Positions 1 to 11,390 of a stretch of DNA of 64,000 nucleotides are shown here, in pieces (positions within the stretch are counted from its first letter, which is position 1; each line of letters starts with the position of its first letter). The stretch covers positions 4,590,001 to 4,654,000 of the forward strand of contig NC_045697.1 of the NCBI RefSeq assembly GCF_009834535.1, in the 5' to 3' direction. Under the pieces are notes generated by a model. It made no database searches, had not been told where the DNA came from, and worked only from the letters and a program-made list of their open reading frames with translations. The stretch comes from Camelus ferus (Eukaryota). The translations under genes and the position numbers were made by a program.

Positions 1-261
1 TGTGGGCAGGGGCAACGCATGGGAAAAGGCCCAGGGCAGGGCCAGGGGTAAGAAACAGGGGTGGACACACATGTCTTTCTATAATCCCCCAGTGGAAGGT
101 GTTGCTTTTTTGAAATCCTACTGCGACTTTCTTGTTCCACTGAACCTGCGTTTTTAGTGGAGGGAAGACATTTTCCTGCTTCAAAATTCAGAAAGCACAG
201 AGGTCCACGCAGTGCAGATTTCCTTCCCACCCTCTTCCCGGTTCCCGTCCCCAGAGACGAA

Positions 262-946
262 CGTGACCCCAGGTTTCTTAGGCTCCTCACCGCTGGAAAG
301 CCAACGCAAAGAGAGGTGGGTGTTGGTAAAAAGGAGAGTTTGCTTTATTCCAGATGTCCGCATCCAGAGGAGGGGGTGGGGAGCCGACTCCTGTCCACGG
401 GCCAGCTCCCCCCTCTGCCAGTCAGTGGGCAAGAGCTCTTAAAGGGGAGTCTCAGGGGGCACAGGCGGAGGGAGGGGGCCACGTGCAGAACTGCGCGGTC
501 GGCTCTGACGGTCGTCTTGAAGTGAGCCGTGCGGGGGTCTGATCAGCGTCATCTTGTTCATTTTAAGCCCAGCTCCAGGGTCGGTTTGTTCCCACTTCCT
601 GGAGGCTAGTTCTTGGAATTGTGGCAGCGTCTGTCATGGCTACAGTCTGGTCATCTTGTAGTTACTTTCTTCCGCCTGGTGGGGGTTTCAGGCCCAACAC
701 GACGGCTCAGAGGAGAAGGCTCAGGGCGTGACCTATAGCCCTTGACGGGGAGCTAAAGGTCCTCGACTTTGTTTAATGACTAAACTATTATTTTGTTTTG
801 CTTGACTATTTTCCTTTGTTTCGCTATTTCCTTATTTCTCTAATTAAACTTATACTTTGAAGTTTTTCTACAGCAGGAGTCCAGCGGAGGGCGTGGGAGG
901 GGGGAGTCTGTCCTGGGAAGGCCCTGCAGGGTCCTGCTCCATTTCA
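262..946 (-). mobile_element. ERV1-type solo LTR inserted in an old L1M fragment
   Basis: Minus strand starts TGAAATGGAGCAGGACCCTGC (946); minus-strand AATAAA near 344-349; left boundary uncertain and no clean TSD. Confidence 0.7.
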
Positions 947-1390
947 CTTCCAGGGGCGCCCTGTATATGCCGAGCCCTCACCCACCGGCTCCCACACACC
1001 CCTCCTTCACCCAGGCGGAGGCGTGCCACTCTCTGCCCTGTGCTCTGCTTTTTACAGTCCATGCATCTCCGTGATCAGTTCCCATCAGAACATGAATTTT
1101 TCATTCAGTTTGTAAACATTGCACTGTTTCCCACTGTGTGGATTTTACCAGCCCCCTTTCAATGAACGGTCTGTGTTGTTTCTGATCATTTGCTGTTAGA
1201 ACCAGTGCTGTCTGAAGATGCTTGTACAGACATCTCGTCCCCCATGTGTGACTTCGCCTGTGGGCAGATGCCTAGAAGAGGGATCGCTGGGTCAGGGTAG
1301 GGAAGCCTTTGTCACTCTGAGAGCCCTGCCCACCCCCACGCCCCTCCCCCTTTGAGGTTGTCCGGATTTCACTCCCCCTTGCGATGCTTG
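947..1390 (-). mobile_element. Old L1M (L1MC/ME-like) 3' fragment
   Basis: Degenerate L1 3' motifs such as TGCCTAGAAGAGGGATCGCTGGGTCA. Confidence 0.55.
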
Positions 1391-3339
1391 GGGGGGGTCC
1401 CTGCCATCTTGCTCCCTAAGATGTGCTGATTCAGCTCAGTGTTTACTTTTTGGGCCCCTGCCGTGGGCTGGCCTGGTTTGAGGTGATGAACTAGACAGAT
1501 GGGGCCCTGCTCACAGAAGGAGCGGATACATCAGAGTTGGGACGAGGGAGTCAGTGAACAGGCACTCCCTTCCTGACCCCAGCGAGGGACCATCTGTTTT
1601 TCCATCCCGCAGGCACTGACCTCTTGGGCAGGAGGGTGATGCATGGACCTGAGTGACTGCCATGTAGGGAAGCTGGGATCTGGCCACCAGGGACGCACCG
1701 CTGATAAGGCTCTGAGGAATATGGAGGCCAGTGGGGAGCAGAGAAGGTGGCATTGGGGCTGAGTCATGAAGGGCGTCCTGAGAGTGGGGGTGGTGGTCTG
1801 GGTGGAGGCCGGTCAGGAAAGGACTTAGGGCTCTGAGCTAAGCTCCATGCCACGCACGCCCCAGCTCTGGTCTCCTCCTGGGGTGGAAGCCCGGCTGGGG
1901 CAGAGGAAGCTGGAGCGGGGCTGGCAGGGGCCAGGGGACAGGAGCGTGGGTAGACGGCCCCATGTGGCAGCCGGTACCTACGTGGATGGACTGTGGGCCT
2001 TGAACACAGAGACCTGCCTTCACATCCCAGCTCCATCACTCTCCACCTGTGGGCCTTGAGCCAAGGCCCCTGACAGTTTGGTTTCCTCCTGTAAAAATGG
2101 CAGTAACAGTATCATAACGTCGCCGGGACAAGCGCCTGCCCACGGCCCTCCCAGCCCAGGTGTATGTCCCCTCTTCCTCCCCCCTAATGCTGGCAGGCAG
2201 GTGGCCCGGGAGCTGAGCACACACGCCCTGCCTGGGTTTGGACTATGGCTCACCTCACCCCTCTGTGCCTCAGTTTTCTGATCTGTACAATGTGGATGCC
2301 TGTGGCTTAGGGTGACTGTGAGGCGTGAGTGAGTGAGTGAAGCACTAGAAAGAGGCCCGGGGACACGGAGAGCTCTGTGGGAACGCTGCTGTTGTTTTAA
2401 AAACTGAAATGAACAGGAATGGGCGAGTGGAGGTGTTAAGGCGAGGGCGCGGGTCGCTGGTGGTGCAGATGGAGCCTGTGCTTGGGCGCTTGGGATGGAA
2501 GAGGCTCGCTGAGGAGGCGGGTGTGAGAGAGGTTAGGAGAACGTGACGGTGCTGCTCGGGGTCTGTGTGTGCTGATGCCGTCCAGTTCGTCCAGGACCGT
2601 AAGGAGCCTGCAGAGAGATTTTCTTCATGAGCTGAGCACTCACAGCCACAGGAGCGCAGTCCCCGACCCTCCCCGCCCAGCTCGAGCCCCTACCATCCCC
2701 TCCAGGGCCTTTGGTCCTACTCCACGGTCCCCCTCTTCCCGGAAAGCCTCTCCCCGGGTTTGAGAGTGTCTTTGTCCAGGCTCCTTGGGCTCAGTGCTAT
2801 CACTCGCTCTTTACAGAAGGAAAAGCATATTGAGGCCCTGGCTTTGCCGTAAGTTTTCTTGGCGCAAAGCTGTCAGAACCAGCACAGGCCAGCCTTGCTC
2901 CTAAGCCTTTCGCCTGCTGCACTGCCCAGCTCCGGGAGGCTCCTCACGTGGATTACTGCCAAGAGCTAGTCCCCTCCCAAGCGCATCCCCTCCCCTCCCT
3001 GCTCTCCCTCCCAGTCCCACCATGCTGCATCCCTCCCTGACGCAGGCACATCAATTCTCCCCTTTGCTATAAATCTCAGCCAAACGCTCCCTAGGGCCCG
3101 CAAGCCCTCCAGGGCTCAGCTCCAAGACTAGCAGCTCTGTCGGTCGGCGGTCGGCGGCTGAGAGTAATTTAGCAACAGGAAGCAGGTGTGAGGCTGGAGG
3201 GGGAGGGGAGTTGAGGGGGCGGGGCTTGGCTCTCACTGCCTCCAGCTGCTGCAGTCACTTCCTCCATCCCTATCGCTAGGATTGGGGCATCCTGGTGTTT
3301 GCATCACACTGGACCAGACCCCAGAATCAGTATCCCCTA

Positions 3340-3389
3340 CCACACACACACACACACACACGCGCACACACACACACGCACACGCACAC
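3340..3389. repeat. (CA)n/(CACG) microsatellite
   Basis: Directly visible. Confidence 0.95.
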
Positions 3390-4191
3390 GAGGGGAGGAC
3401 TGAAGGCAGAAGCTAAAGGATTAAGTCCCCGTGGCCTCTAGTAGACAACTTCCTATTGCTACTAACGGCTTATTCATCAAATAAACACCAACTACTTCAG
3501 GCCTACTGTGTGCTGGCGCTGTCCTGAGCTAGATCAGAAGAGCGGAATCAGAGCACACCTGCTGGGGGTGGGGGTGGAGGGAGTGGGATCCATGGCCAAA
3601 CAGCAGGAGCTAAACTGTCAACCTCCCCACTCTCCCAGGGCTGCTGGTCTGGTTGTTCATGTTGTGTACTGAACAAAGTGTATGGTGGAAATCCTCCTGC
3701 TTTCTCCTTGCCAAGAGACTGTGCCTGTCTGGAGAAGGTGGTGCCTCTTACAGGTTCACACCGGTCTGCAGGCTACAACCACCTGGCATGGGCATCTTTT
3801 TGTGATTTGGAGGAGTCGGGGAGCCCCCGAGTTCTTCCCAGTCTGGCCCTCCAACTTGTGAAGTGCTGGAGGGCCATGTCCCACCCCCATGCACCTTTGA
3901 GCCTAACCCAGGAGCCCGAGCTGTCCCCGAGCCTGGCCTGGGAGCATCCCTGGGCAGAGTGGTTGTTTCTGCTCACCAGTGTGATTAAGATACTGGTTTC
4001 CACCAAGGCCGTGGCCTTCTGCCTTTTCCCCCCAAATAATCTGAGCTGTGCGTCCAGGTCCTGTCCTGGGAATGCACTGCTGCTGTATCCCAGCCCCAGG
4101 CTGAGGGGAGAGGAGGAGCACTAGGCAAGGAAGCCACAGGGCTGCTGCTTAGTGGCTGTGTGTCTCTGGGCAAGTCACTTAACCTCTCTGA

Positions 4192-5070
4192 GTTAATCAG
4201 CTGTAGCTTTAAAAATCACCACATAACAAACCAGCCCAAACATCCATTCTCACACTCTCAGATCTGAGGTAGACGGCAGTTCGCTGGCCAGGCTGGGCTC
4301 AGCAGGGAGGCCCTGCTTTAGACTGAGGATTGGGTTCAGGCCTGTCCCAGCCGTCACCACGTTCTCTTTGGAATTCTTGGAGTTCATTCTCAGACCAAGT
4401 AGACCTGGTCCTCTGGTGGACAGAGCATGTGATGCCTCTTTTTTTTTCAGTGTCTTTTTTTTAATTGACATGTAGTTGATTTACAATGTTGTGTTAGTTT
4501 CTGGTGTACAACACGGTGATTCAGTTATAGATATGTAGATTCTTTTTCATTATAGGTTATTACAAGATATTGAACATAGTTCTCTGTGCTATACAGTAGG
4601 ACCTCATTGTTTATCTGTTTTATATATAACAGTTTGTATCTGCAAATCTCAAACTCCCAATTTATCGCTCCACCTCTCCTTCCCCTTTGGTAACTATAAA
4701 TTAGTTTTGTATGTCTGTGAGTCTGTTTCTGCTTTGTAAATAAGTTCATTTGTCTCACTTTTTAGATTCCACATAGAAGTGATACCATATTTGTCTCTTT
4801 GTCTGACTTTACTTAGTATGATCATCTCTAGGTCCATCTGTGTTGCTGCAAATGACATAATTTCATTATTTTTTATGCCTGAGTAGTACTCTGCGATGTC
4901 TCTTAATGCCTGGACCCAGAACAGTCAAAATTCCATGGGCCAAAATCAGTCACGTGAGCAGGGTGGCCATCAGTGCGGGGGGGAGGCGCCCTCCTCCGGC
5001 CGCTCCCCTGTGTTACAAGGTCATGCGGTAAGAGGAGGGAGACTGGTCGGACCAATCCCTCCTGTGACAC
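4192..5070. mobile_element. MLT1 (ERVL-MaLR) LTR split by a younger L1
   Basis: MLT1-like ACATAACAAACCAGCCCAAA and GCCAGGCTGGGCTCAGC; the sequence reads through across the L1 insertion. Confidence 0.6.
4441..4891 (-). mobile_element. 5'-truncated cetartiodactyl-type L1 3' end with poly(A) tail and TSD
   Basis: T-rich tail then AATTGACATGTAGTTGATTTACAATGTTGTGTTAGTTTCTGGTGTAC; flanked by TGTGATGCCTCTT (4428-4440) and TGCGATGTCTCTT (4892-4904), 11/13 identical; TCTT|AA fits an L1 endonuclease site. Confidence 0.88.
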
Positions 5071-5898
5071 CCTCATCGCGGGGCCTGAGCGTGCTCCACG
5101 TGGGACAGCAGCCAAGATGGGAAGTGACCACACTTGCAAAGGGTGCCCTTCCAAGAGAGGCATGCAGTAGCTTTCCGCTCCCTCTACTGCCCTCCTTTGC
5201 CCTTCCTTGAGTATCTTTATATTGGTACAAAATATTTCCAAGCAAGGCCAGAATTCACGACGGAAAATTCACACGCCTTTAGTGGAGGAAGGGGCCAAGG
5301 GCCGTGGTGCATAAAACAGTCATCCTTACGGTAAAAGCACCCAGCTGGAGGGCCTGCTCATTTTGTGTCTCCTCTGACCGTCTCCTTTCTTCCCGCACTG
5401 CCTCTCTGAAACGCTTGGCTTCCCTTCTGACTTTTCCAAACACATCTGAACCCAGACATCCAGGAAAAGAATGACTGGATTAAGTCAGTCCTCAAAGGAG
5501 CCAGGTCGTATTTTTTTCTTCAGGAAGTTTGGAATATTTTCCCCAAAGTGCCCTTAAGGAAGGGAAGTGGAGTGAGAAGGGATGGCTTCCTGAAGTCCCA
5601 GGTCTGGGGCCTCCCAGCAGTTGCTGGGATCGGGGAGGTGGTGGCCTGGCTGAGCAGCCTGGGGGCAGGGACCCCACGGCCAGCTGCCTCCTGTACGGAT
5701 TCCAGCCAGTCCTTCTCTATTTGGTGCTCCTCGGCCCTCCGCCCGCAGAAGGGCCTGGGCCCGTTGCCAGCCTTTTCAGGATGCTGAGGTGGGATTTCAC
5801 TGGTTTTCTGTGGCTTTGTGCAGGAATTCAGTAGGGCAAAGAAAGCTGCAAAGTGAGCTTAACTTCTGTTCTCTTTTCTCCTCCTCCTTCTCCGTACT

Positions 5899-5900
<2 letters not shown>

Positions 5901-5936
<36 letters not shown>

Positions 5937-5958
5937 TGTATCTGTGTGTGTGTGTGTG
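5901..5958. repeat. Interrupted (GT)n microsatellite
   Basis: Directly visible. Confidence 0.95.
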
Positions 5959-5964
5959 CCAGGT

Positions 5965-6122
5965 TAGCAAACCGTGCCAGCTCTACCTTCAGAATATATT
6001 CAGGATCTGACCACTTCTTACCCTCCAACAGTGGGTTTTTCATGGTCACATCCCCAGTGCCTAGAATGTGCCTGGTACCTACTAGAGGCTTAATAAATGT
6101 TCTTTGAATGAATGCATAAATT
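5965..6122 (+). mobile_element. L2 fragments including 3' end
   Basis: CCCCAGTGCCTAGAATGTGCCTGG...ATAAATGTTCTTTGAATGAATG is a typical L2 terminus. Confidence 0.65.
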
Positions 6123-7744
6123 TATTGTTCAATTTCTTTTAATGATGCTCCAAGCACCTGTTTTACTGTATCTGGTTGTCTTTAGTGCAGCTCCTGCTGG
6201 ATAAGGAAATGTGAGCCTCCTTTTCCCTTTTGCTGTGGGGGTCGGGCAGTGACTGAGAGAAGAGCAGCCGGGGGAGCTGGATTCTAACCAGCTCCCCTCC
6301 CCACCCCCGCTCCTCCTGCGTCTGGACACTTTTGCATCAGCTTGCTCCTTCCATGAAGGAGTCCCAGGCATTGCTGGGGGTCTGGAGTGGAAGGAAGGTG
6401 GGTCAGAGAATGAAGATGTCACGGGCAGGGATGGAGAAGGAGGCGGAGGTGGGAGGGTGGGAGGGCAGGGAAACTTCAGACTCGCTCTTCGTCTTTGAAA
6501 TGTTTCCCTCAGAAGGATGGGTGTTTATTACGTACCATCTGTCTTGCGCCATTTAATACAGCTGCTTTATCTGTGCCATTATTATAAGGACCATAAATTT
6601 CACCTTATAGTTAAGGTGACATCTTTTCTCAGCTTCCGATTTGTATTTCTTGTATAATGAAAGTTTCCTCCAAGTGTTGGTTTGCAGGATAGTGGACAGC
6701 GACTTGGAATGAGACAGACTAGAATGCCAGTACTAGATTTGTCACCAACTAGCTATGGGACCTAAGGTGACAAATCCTCTCTGAGCCTCAGCTTCTCATG
6801 GACCACAATTTTCCTTCCTTCATGACCATAATCCTTCTTCCGTCGGAACAGTCATTCCATCGCAGTCATGCAGTGCAGGTGGCTTTACTGTGTTAATATT
6901 AGGAAAGTGATCTGGTTTAACTATCTCATACTATATGGTGAATGACTGATAGTTTCTAGAGTTATTTGTATTTTGTGAAAAAGATGATCAATAGTACAGG
7001 GAATATTTTCAACTGGCAGATTTGGGGGCAGTGGGATAAAATGAATTAATGCCTTAGAGTGCCCTCACTTTAGAGATGAGAGTACCAAGGCTCAGAGAGG
7101 GGGAGAGTGGCTCCCTTCAACACACAGGAAGTCAGGGGTAGAGCTAGGCATGAAGCCTGGGACTCCTGATTCCCACCCTGTATGGGACTATTTCCATGGG
7201 CTGAAATGCTCCAGGGGAAAGCTTTCCATGGGGCACAGGCCTGTGTAATAGAAGCATAATTTATAGGTATGCACTGAATACAACAGGGAAAGGAAATATC
7301 ACAGTTCCTCCCCAGTGATGACCCTTAGCACGTGCAGCCTTACTTCTCAGTCAGTGCAAACCACGAGGCTCTCTTCTTAGGAATAGCGAGAAAATGAGTG
7401 AGCTGGGGTTTTCAGGAAGGGAGAGCCTCAGGGACCAGCATCGGAAATAAGGTGATGGGATGAATGGTATCATTCACTACGCGGAAGCTTCTGGAGGCCA
7501 GAGGAAGGCCCTCCTTCCTGCCTCTGAGAGGACGGAGGGGCAGGAGGAGTTAAGAAAGGCTGATGACTTGATTTGACAGGAAGTTATCAAGGGCAGAGCG
7601 TGGGCTGTAAGCCCTGAAGACTGGGAGAATGGTAAGAAAAAAGTCAGGGTAGTTGATATAAAAGCATCTCAGACTTTTTCCATCTCAAGTGTCCAATTTC
7701 CCCTGTGACCCTGAGACCAGGATGGGCCCTAACGTGTGGGGGAG

Positions 7745-8200
7745 GGTGTTTCAGTTGAAAATGGATTTGGCTGCATATAATGAAGTCCAAAGTAATGATG
7801 GCTTAAATGCAATAGAAGCTTCTTACATACCTCAGCAGTGAGCATCCAGGGGTCTTATGCGGGGGGGGGGGGGGGTGTCCATGGGCATCAGGCTCCTCCT
7901 TTATTCTCTAACATCTCAACTAAAAACTTCCATTCTCAAAGTCACCTCATGGTCCAAAATGGCTGCTGTAGTGTCAGCCATCAAGTCCAGGTTCCAGGAT
8001 GGACTTGGTGGGGTGATGGCAGAAGTGACTCCCTAAGGAACACTTTAAGCACCTTCCACTAATATTTTCCAAAGTCCAGAATGTAGTCATACCACCACAC
8101 TTAGCTGTAAAGGAAACTGAGGGTATAGTCTATTAATTGGATACATGGTACCCCAAACCAAATTAGTGTCCTTCTGCTAAAAACCAAGTGGAAAATGATT
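7745..8200. mobile_element. Old MLT1 (J/K-like) LTR containing a G15 run
   Basis: ATGGTCCAAAATGGCTGCTG, CCACACTTAGCTGTAAAGGAAACTGAG; poly-G at 7861-7875. Confidence 0.6.
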
Positions 8201-8889
8201 GTGGGCTTGGCCTCGACCTCAGGTAGCATCAACTGTTCAGTTATAAAATCAGGAGGGCATTGAGCATTTGGATTTGGTATTAAAGACCCTAAGCATGACC
8301 TCACTGTTCGTGCTGTTAGCAACAAAACAGAGCAAATTCATTGGCATCTTGATGAAAATTTAATGAAGAAAGAACCTGAAAAGTTTCCGTTGAACGAGGG
8401 GAGGTTTTATCCATCCCTCCGACCTTTCGCCAATGGTTTCTGCGTCTCATACATTTTCTTTACCATTCTCTTGATCACTTACAGAAATCTGTATGTGCAT
8501 CTTCATAGGTTCATTCACAGCCTCTCTTCTCCTGACCTTTTTTTCTCCTGTGAAACCTCAAAGTCTTTCACCACCAGTGCTTTCCGGAGCCTGGCCCTTT
8601 TAGGTGAAGAGAGCCTTCTGCGTCTGCTGTCATCCAAGGTGTAGACTGCTCTTGTTTGAACCCCAAGGCTTCTGCCAAGTGGTTCGATCAGGTTAATTCC
8701 ATTTCTTACTAAGTCAACGCCTCCCCTTTCTTCTGAGCTCCTTAAATCATCAGCCTCTCCTAGCATCACATTTCTCACCGGGGGGTTGCAAGTTGCCCCC
8801 CCCCCCATGCTGTTGTACTTAAGGTCAAGTGTTTGGTCCATGTCACAGTCCCAAAGACGCAGAACTCTGGAGGGACTCTCAAAGGACAG

Positions 8890-9440
8890 TCAGTTTCCTC
8901 AAAAAGTTAAAAGTAGAACCATCATATGATCCAGCAATCCCACTGCTGGGTATTCATCCAAAAGAACTGAAATCATGATCTCAGAGATATATCTGCACAC
9001 CGGTGCTCACGGCAGACTTAGCCACAGTAGCCAAGATGTGGAAGTAACCCAGGTGCCCGTCAACGGATGAACGGATAAAGAAAAGTGCCATTTGTCTATA
9101 CAGTGGACTATTGTTCAGCCTTAAAAGGAAGGACATTCTGATGCTGCTACAATGCGGATGACTCTTGAGGGCATTATGCTAAGTGAAATGAGCCGATCAG
9201 AAAAGCACAAATACCGCATGACTTATGCACCACTTATCAGAGGCACCTAGGAGGGACAAATTCCTAGAGACAGGAAGTAGACGGTGCTTGCCAGGGGTGG
9301 AGGTGGGGAATGGTTGTTCACTGGGTACAGAGTTTCAGTTTTGCAGGATGAAAAAGTTCTAGAGATCTGTTGCACAGTGATACACGTATCTATAAATGGT
9401 TAAGATGGTAAATTTTATATTGTGTTTTTTCTTAACACGC
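8890..9440 (+). mobile_element. L1MA/MB 3' end
   Basis: CCATCATATGATCCAGCAATCCCACTGCTGGGTAT...ATGCTAAGTGAAATGAGCC...AAATGGTTAAGATGGTAAATTTTAT. Confidence 0.85.
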
Positions 9441-10059
9441 ACACACACGGAGTCTTTCAGCCAGGAGGTGTGAGTTCAGGAAGATAAAGTGCAAGGAAAG
9501 CCTGCACCACTTTTAAGATGGAGAGAAGAAAAGGGAAATAGTGCTCAGTTAGCATCTCTTCCAGGCTGGACCTTGGGCTGAGGGCTTCATCTCACCCATG
9601 AGCCTGGAGGGGCAGTTGTTACTTAATAGGTAGATGGTTCACGCCTTCACTCATTTGAGCAGTACTTACTGATCATCTTCTATGTGCCAGGCATCCTTCT
9701 TGGTGCAGGACACACAGCTATGGACAAGTCAGAGGGGAGAGAAGGGCTCTACACAGGTTCATATGTGGTGCAATTCCAAGTCATGATTGAGGAAGAGGAA
9801 GAAGAGGGGGAGACGGGGGCAGGAAATGAGGAGGGGTGCGCTTACCTATGCCATGCTGCGCAGGACAGGTGGCATCTTGAGTGGAAAATTACTTGAAGAA
9901 GGAATGCAGGAGAAAGAGATGAAGCAGGCTGCCCAAGAGAACCCAGCTAGTAAGACAGGACTGAGATTTAACCTCACTCTGGAAAACATTTTACTCCAAA
10001 AGAATTCAAATCGTTACCAAAGTAGGCAGACTCATCAAAGGAACCCCACGTAAATGTCA

Positions 10060-11200
10060 CTAAGCTGCAAAAATTGCCAGTTCGACAACAATCTTGTTTT
10101 ACCTGTGCACCACCCACATCCCATGACACGTCTTATTTTGCAGTACTAGACAACTTATCACTTAATTCATCAATATTTTTTAAACTATCATAATGTCATC
10201 GTACCTCAAGTAAATGGTTCCTTAATTTCATCCAATAGCCAATCAATGTGCAAGTTTCTAATTATCTTATACATTTATAGTTACTGTTTTTTGCAGTTGG
10301 TTTGAATCAGGATCTAAATAAGGTCTTCCCAGTGTGACTGGCTGGTGTGTCTTTTCTGGTGGTAAAAGATAATAAAATTCACCATTTTAACCAGTACGTA
10401 CATTCATGTTGTTATGCAGCCATCACCACCATCTATCTCCAGACTTCTTCACCTTCACAAACTGAAACCTCATCCCCGTTAAGCAACTCCCTGCCCGCAG
10501 CCCCTGGCGACCACCGTTCCATCTTCTGTCTGCGAATCTGACTCCTCCAAGTACCTCACGTCAGCAGCATTGTACGATGTTTGTGCTGTTATGACTGGCT
10601 TAGCTCACTCAGCGTACCGTCCTCAAGGTTCACGCCCGTTGTAGCAGGTGTCAGAATTGCATTCCTTTTCAAGGCTGAGTCATGTTCCATTATATGCATG
10701 GACCACATTTTGTTTACCTATCCATCCATCAGTGGACACCTGTGGTATGCTTTTTAATTCTTTTCACCTATAAGTTTCCCCTCCCACTCTTTTTATTTTC
10801 CTGGAATATTCTGTTGAAGAAAGCAGGTCACTTGTCACTGCAGGTCACTGCAGTTCCCGATGCAGGCTCTCACCAGTGCGTCCTGAGGTGTTGTTTTCCA
10901 TGTTGCTCTGTCCCTCATGTACCCTTGAATTGGCTCTTGGACCTGCAGTGGTGATATGATCCAGGCTCAGCTGGCTTTCTTCTGGACTCTTTTAAGGTTG
11001 GCGTTTTGTTCTTCCATCAGGAGGCACGTGTCTGGCTGATTCTCCTTTTGTGATGTTGGCATCTGCTGATGCTGAGTGCCGAGACTCGTGAATTCACTCA
11101 TGGTTACAGATGAGAGATAGTCTATCCTTTCTTCTTCAGTTACTAGCTGGAATACTTCCACCAAGAGGAACTTCCCCTTGCGTACTAGCTAGTTATTCCA
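10060..11200 (-). mobile_element. L1MC4/5-like 3' fragment interrupted by an L1MB fragment (~10355-10740)
   Basis: TTTGAATCAGGATCTAAATAAGGTC (L1MC-like); inner part AAAATTCACCATTTTAACC...CATCACCACCATCTATCTCCAGA (L1MB-like). Confidence 0.65.
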
Positions 11201-11284
11201 TTTATTTACTTTTCATCTCCCTCCAAAGCTTACGTGCTTTGTAAGCTTACAAAGCTTTGACGTGCTTTTGTGAGAGTGCACCCT

Positions 11285-11390
11285 CCTTCACTCACAGTCT
11301 CGTTCACTCACTCATTCATTCATTTACTCACTCATTGTTTCCTCATCACTCATTCACTCATGCCCTCACTCACTCAACTCACTCACGCCC
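11285..11390. repeat. (TCAC/TCAT)n low-complexity tract, likely an L2 tail
   Basis: Directly visible; followed by L2-like TTACTGACCGCCTGCTCTGGGTGC. Confidence 0.7.

Noticed and set aside
3515..3524. GGCGCTGTCC, half of a REST/RE1 site
   Set aside because: Only a half-site, within L2-like sequence; the GGTGCTGAA half is absent. I noticed no full RE1 in the window.
8363..8841. 93 and 108 aa ORFs as a processed pseudogene
   Set aside because: No recognisable parent protein, poly(A) tail or TSD; more likely unique non-coding or ancient LINE sequence.
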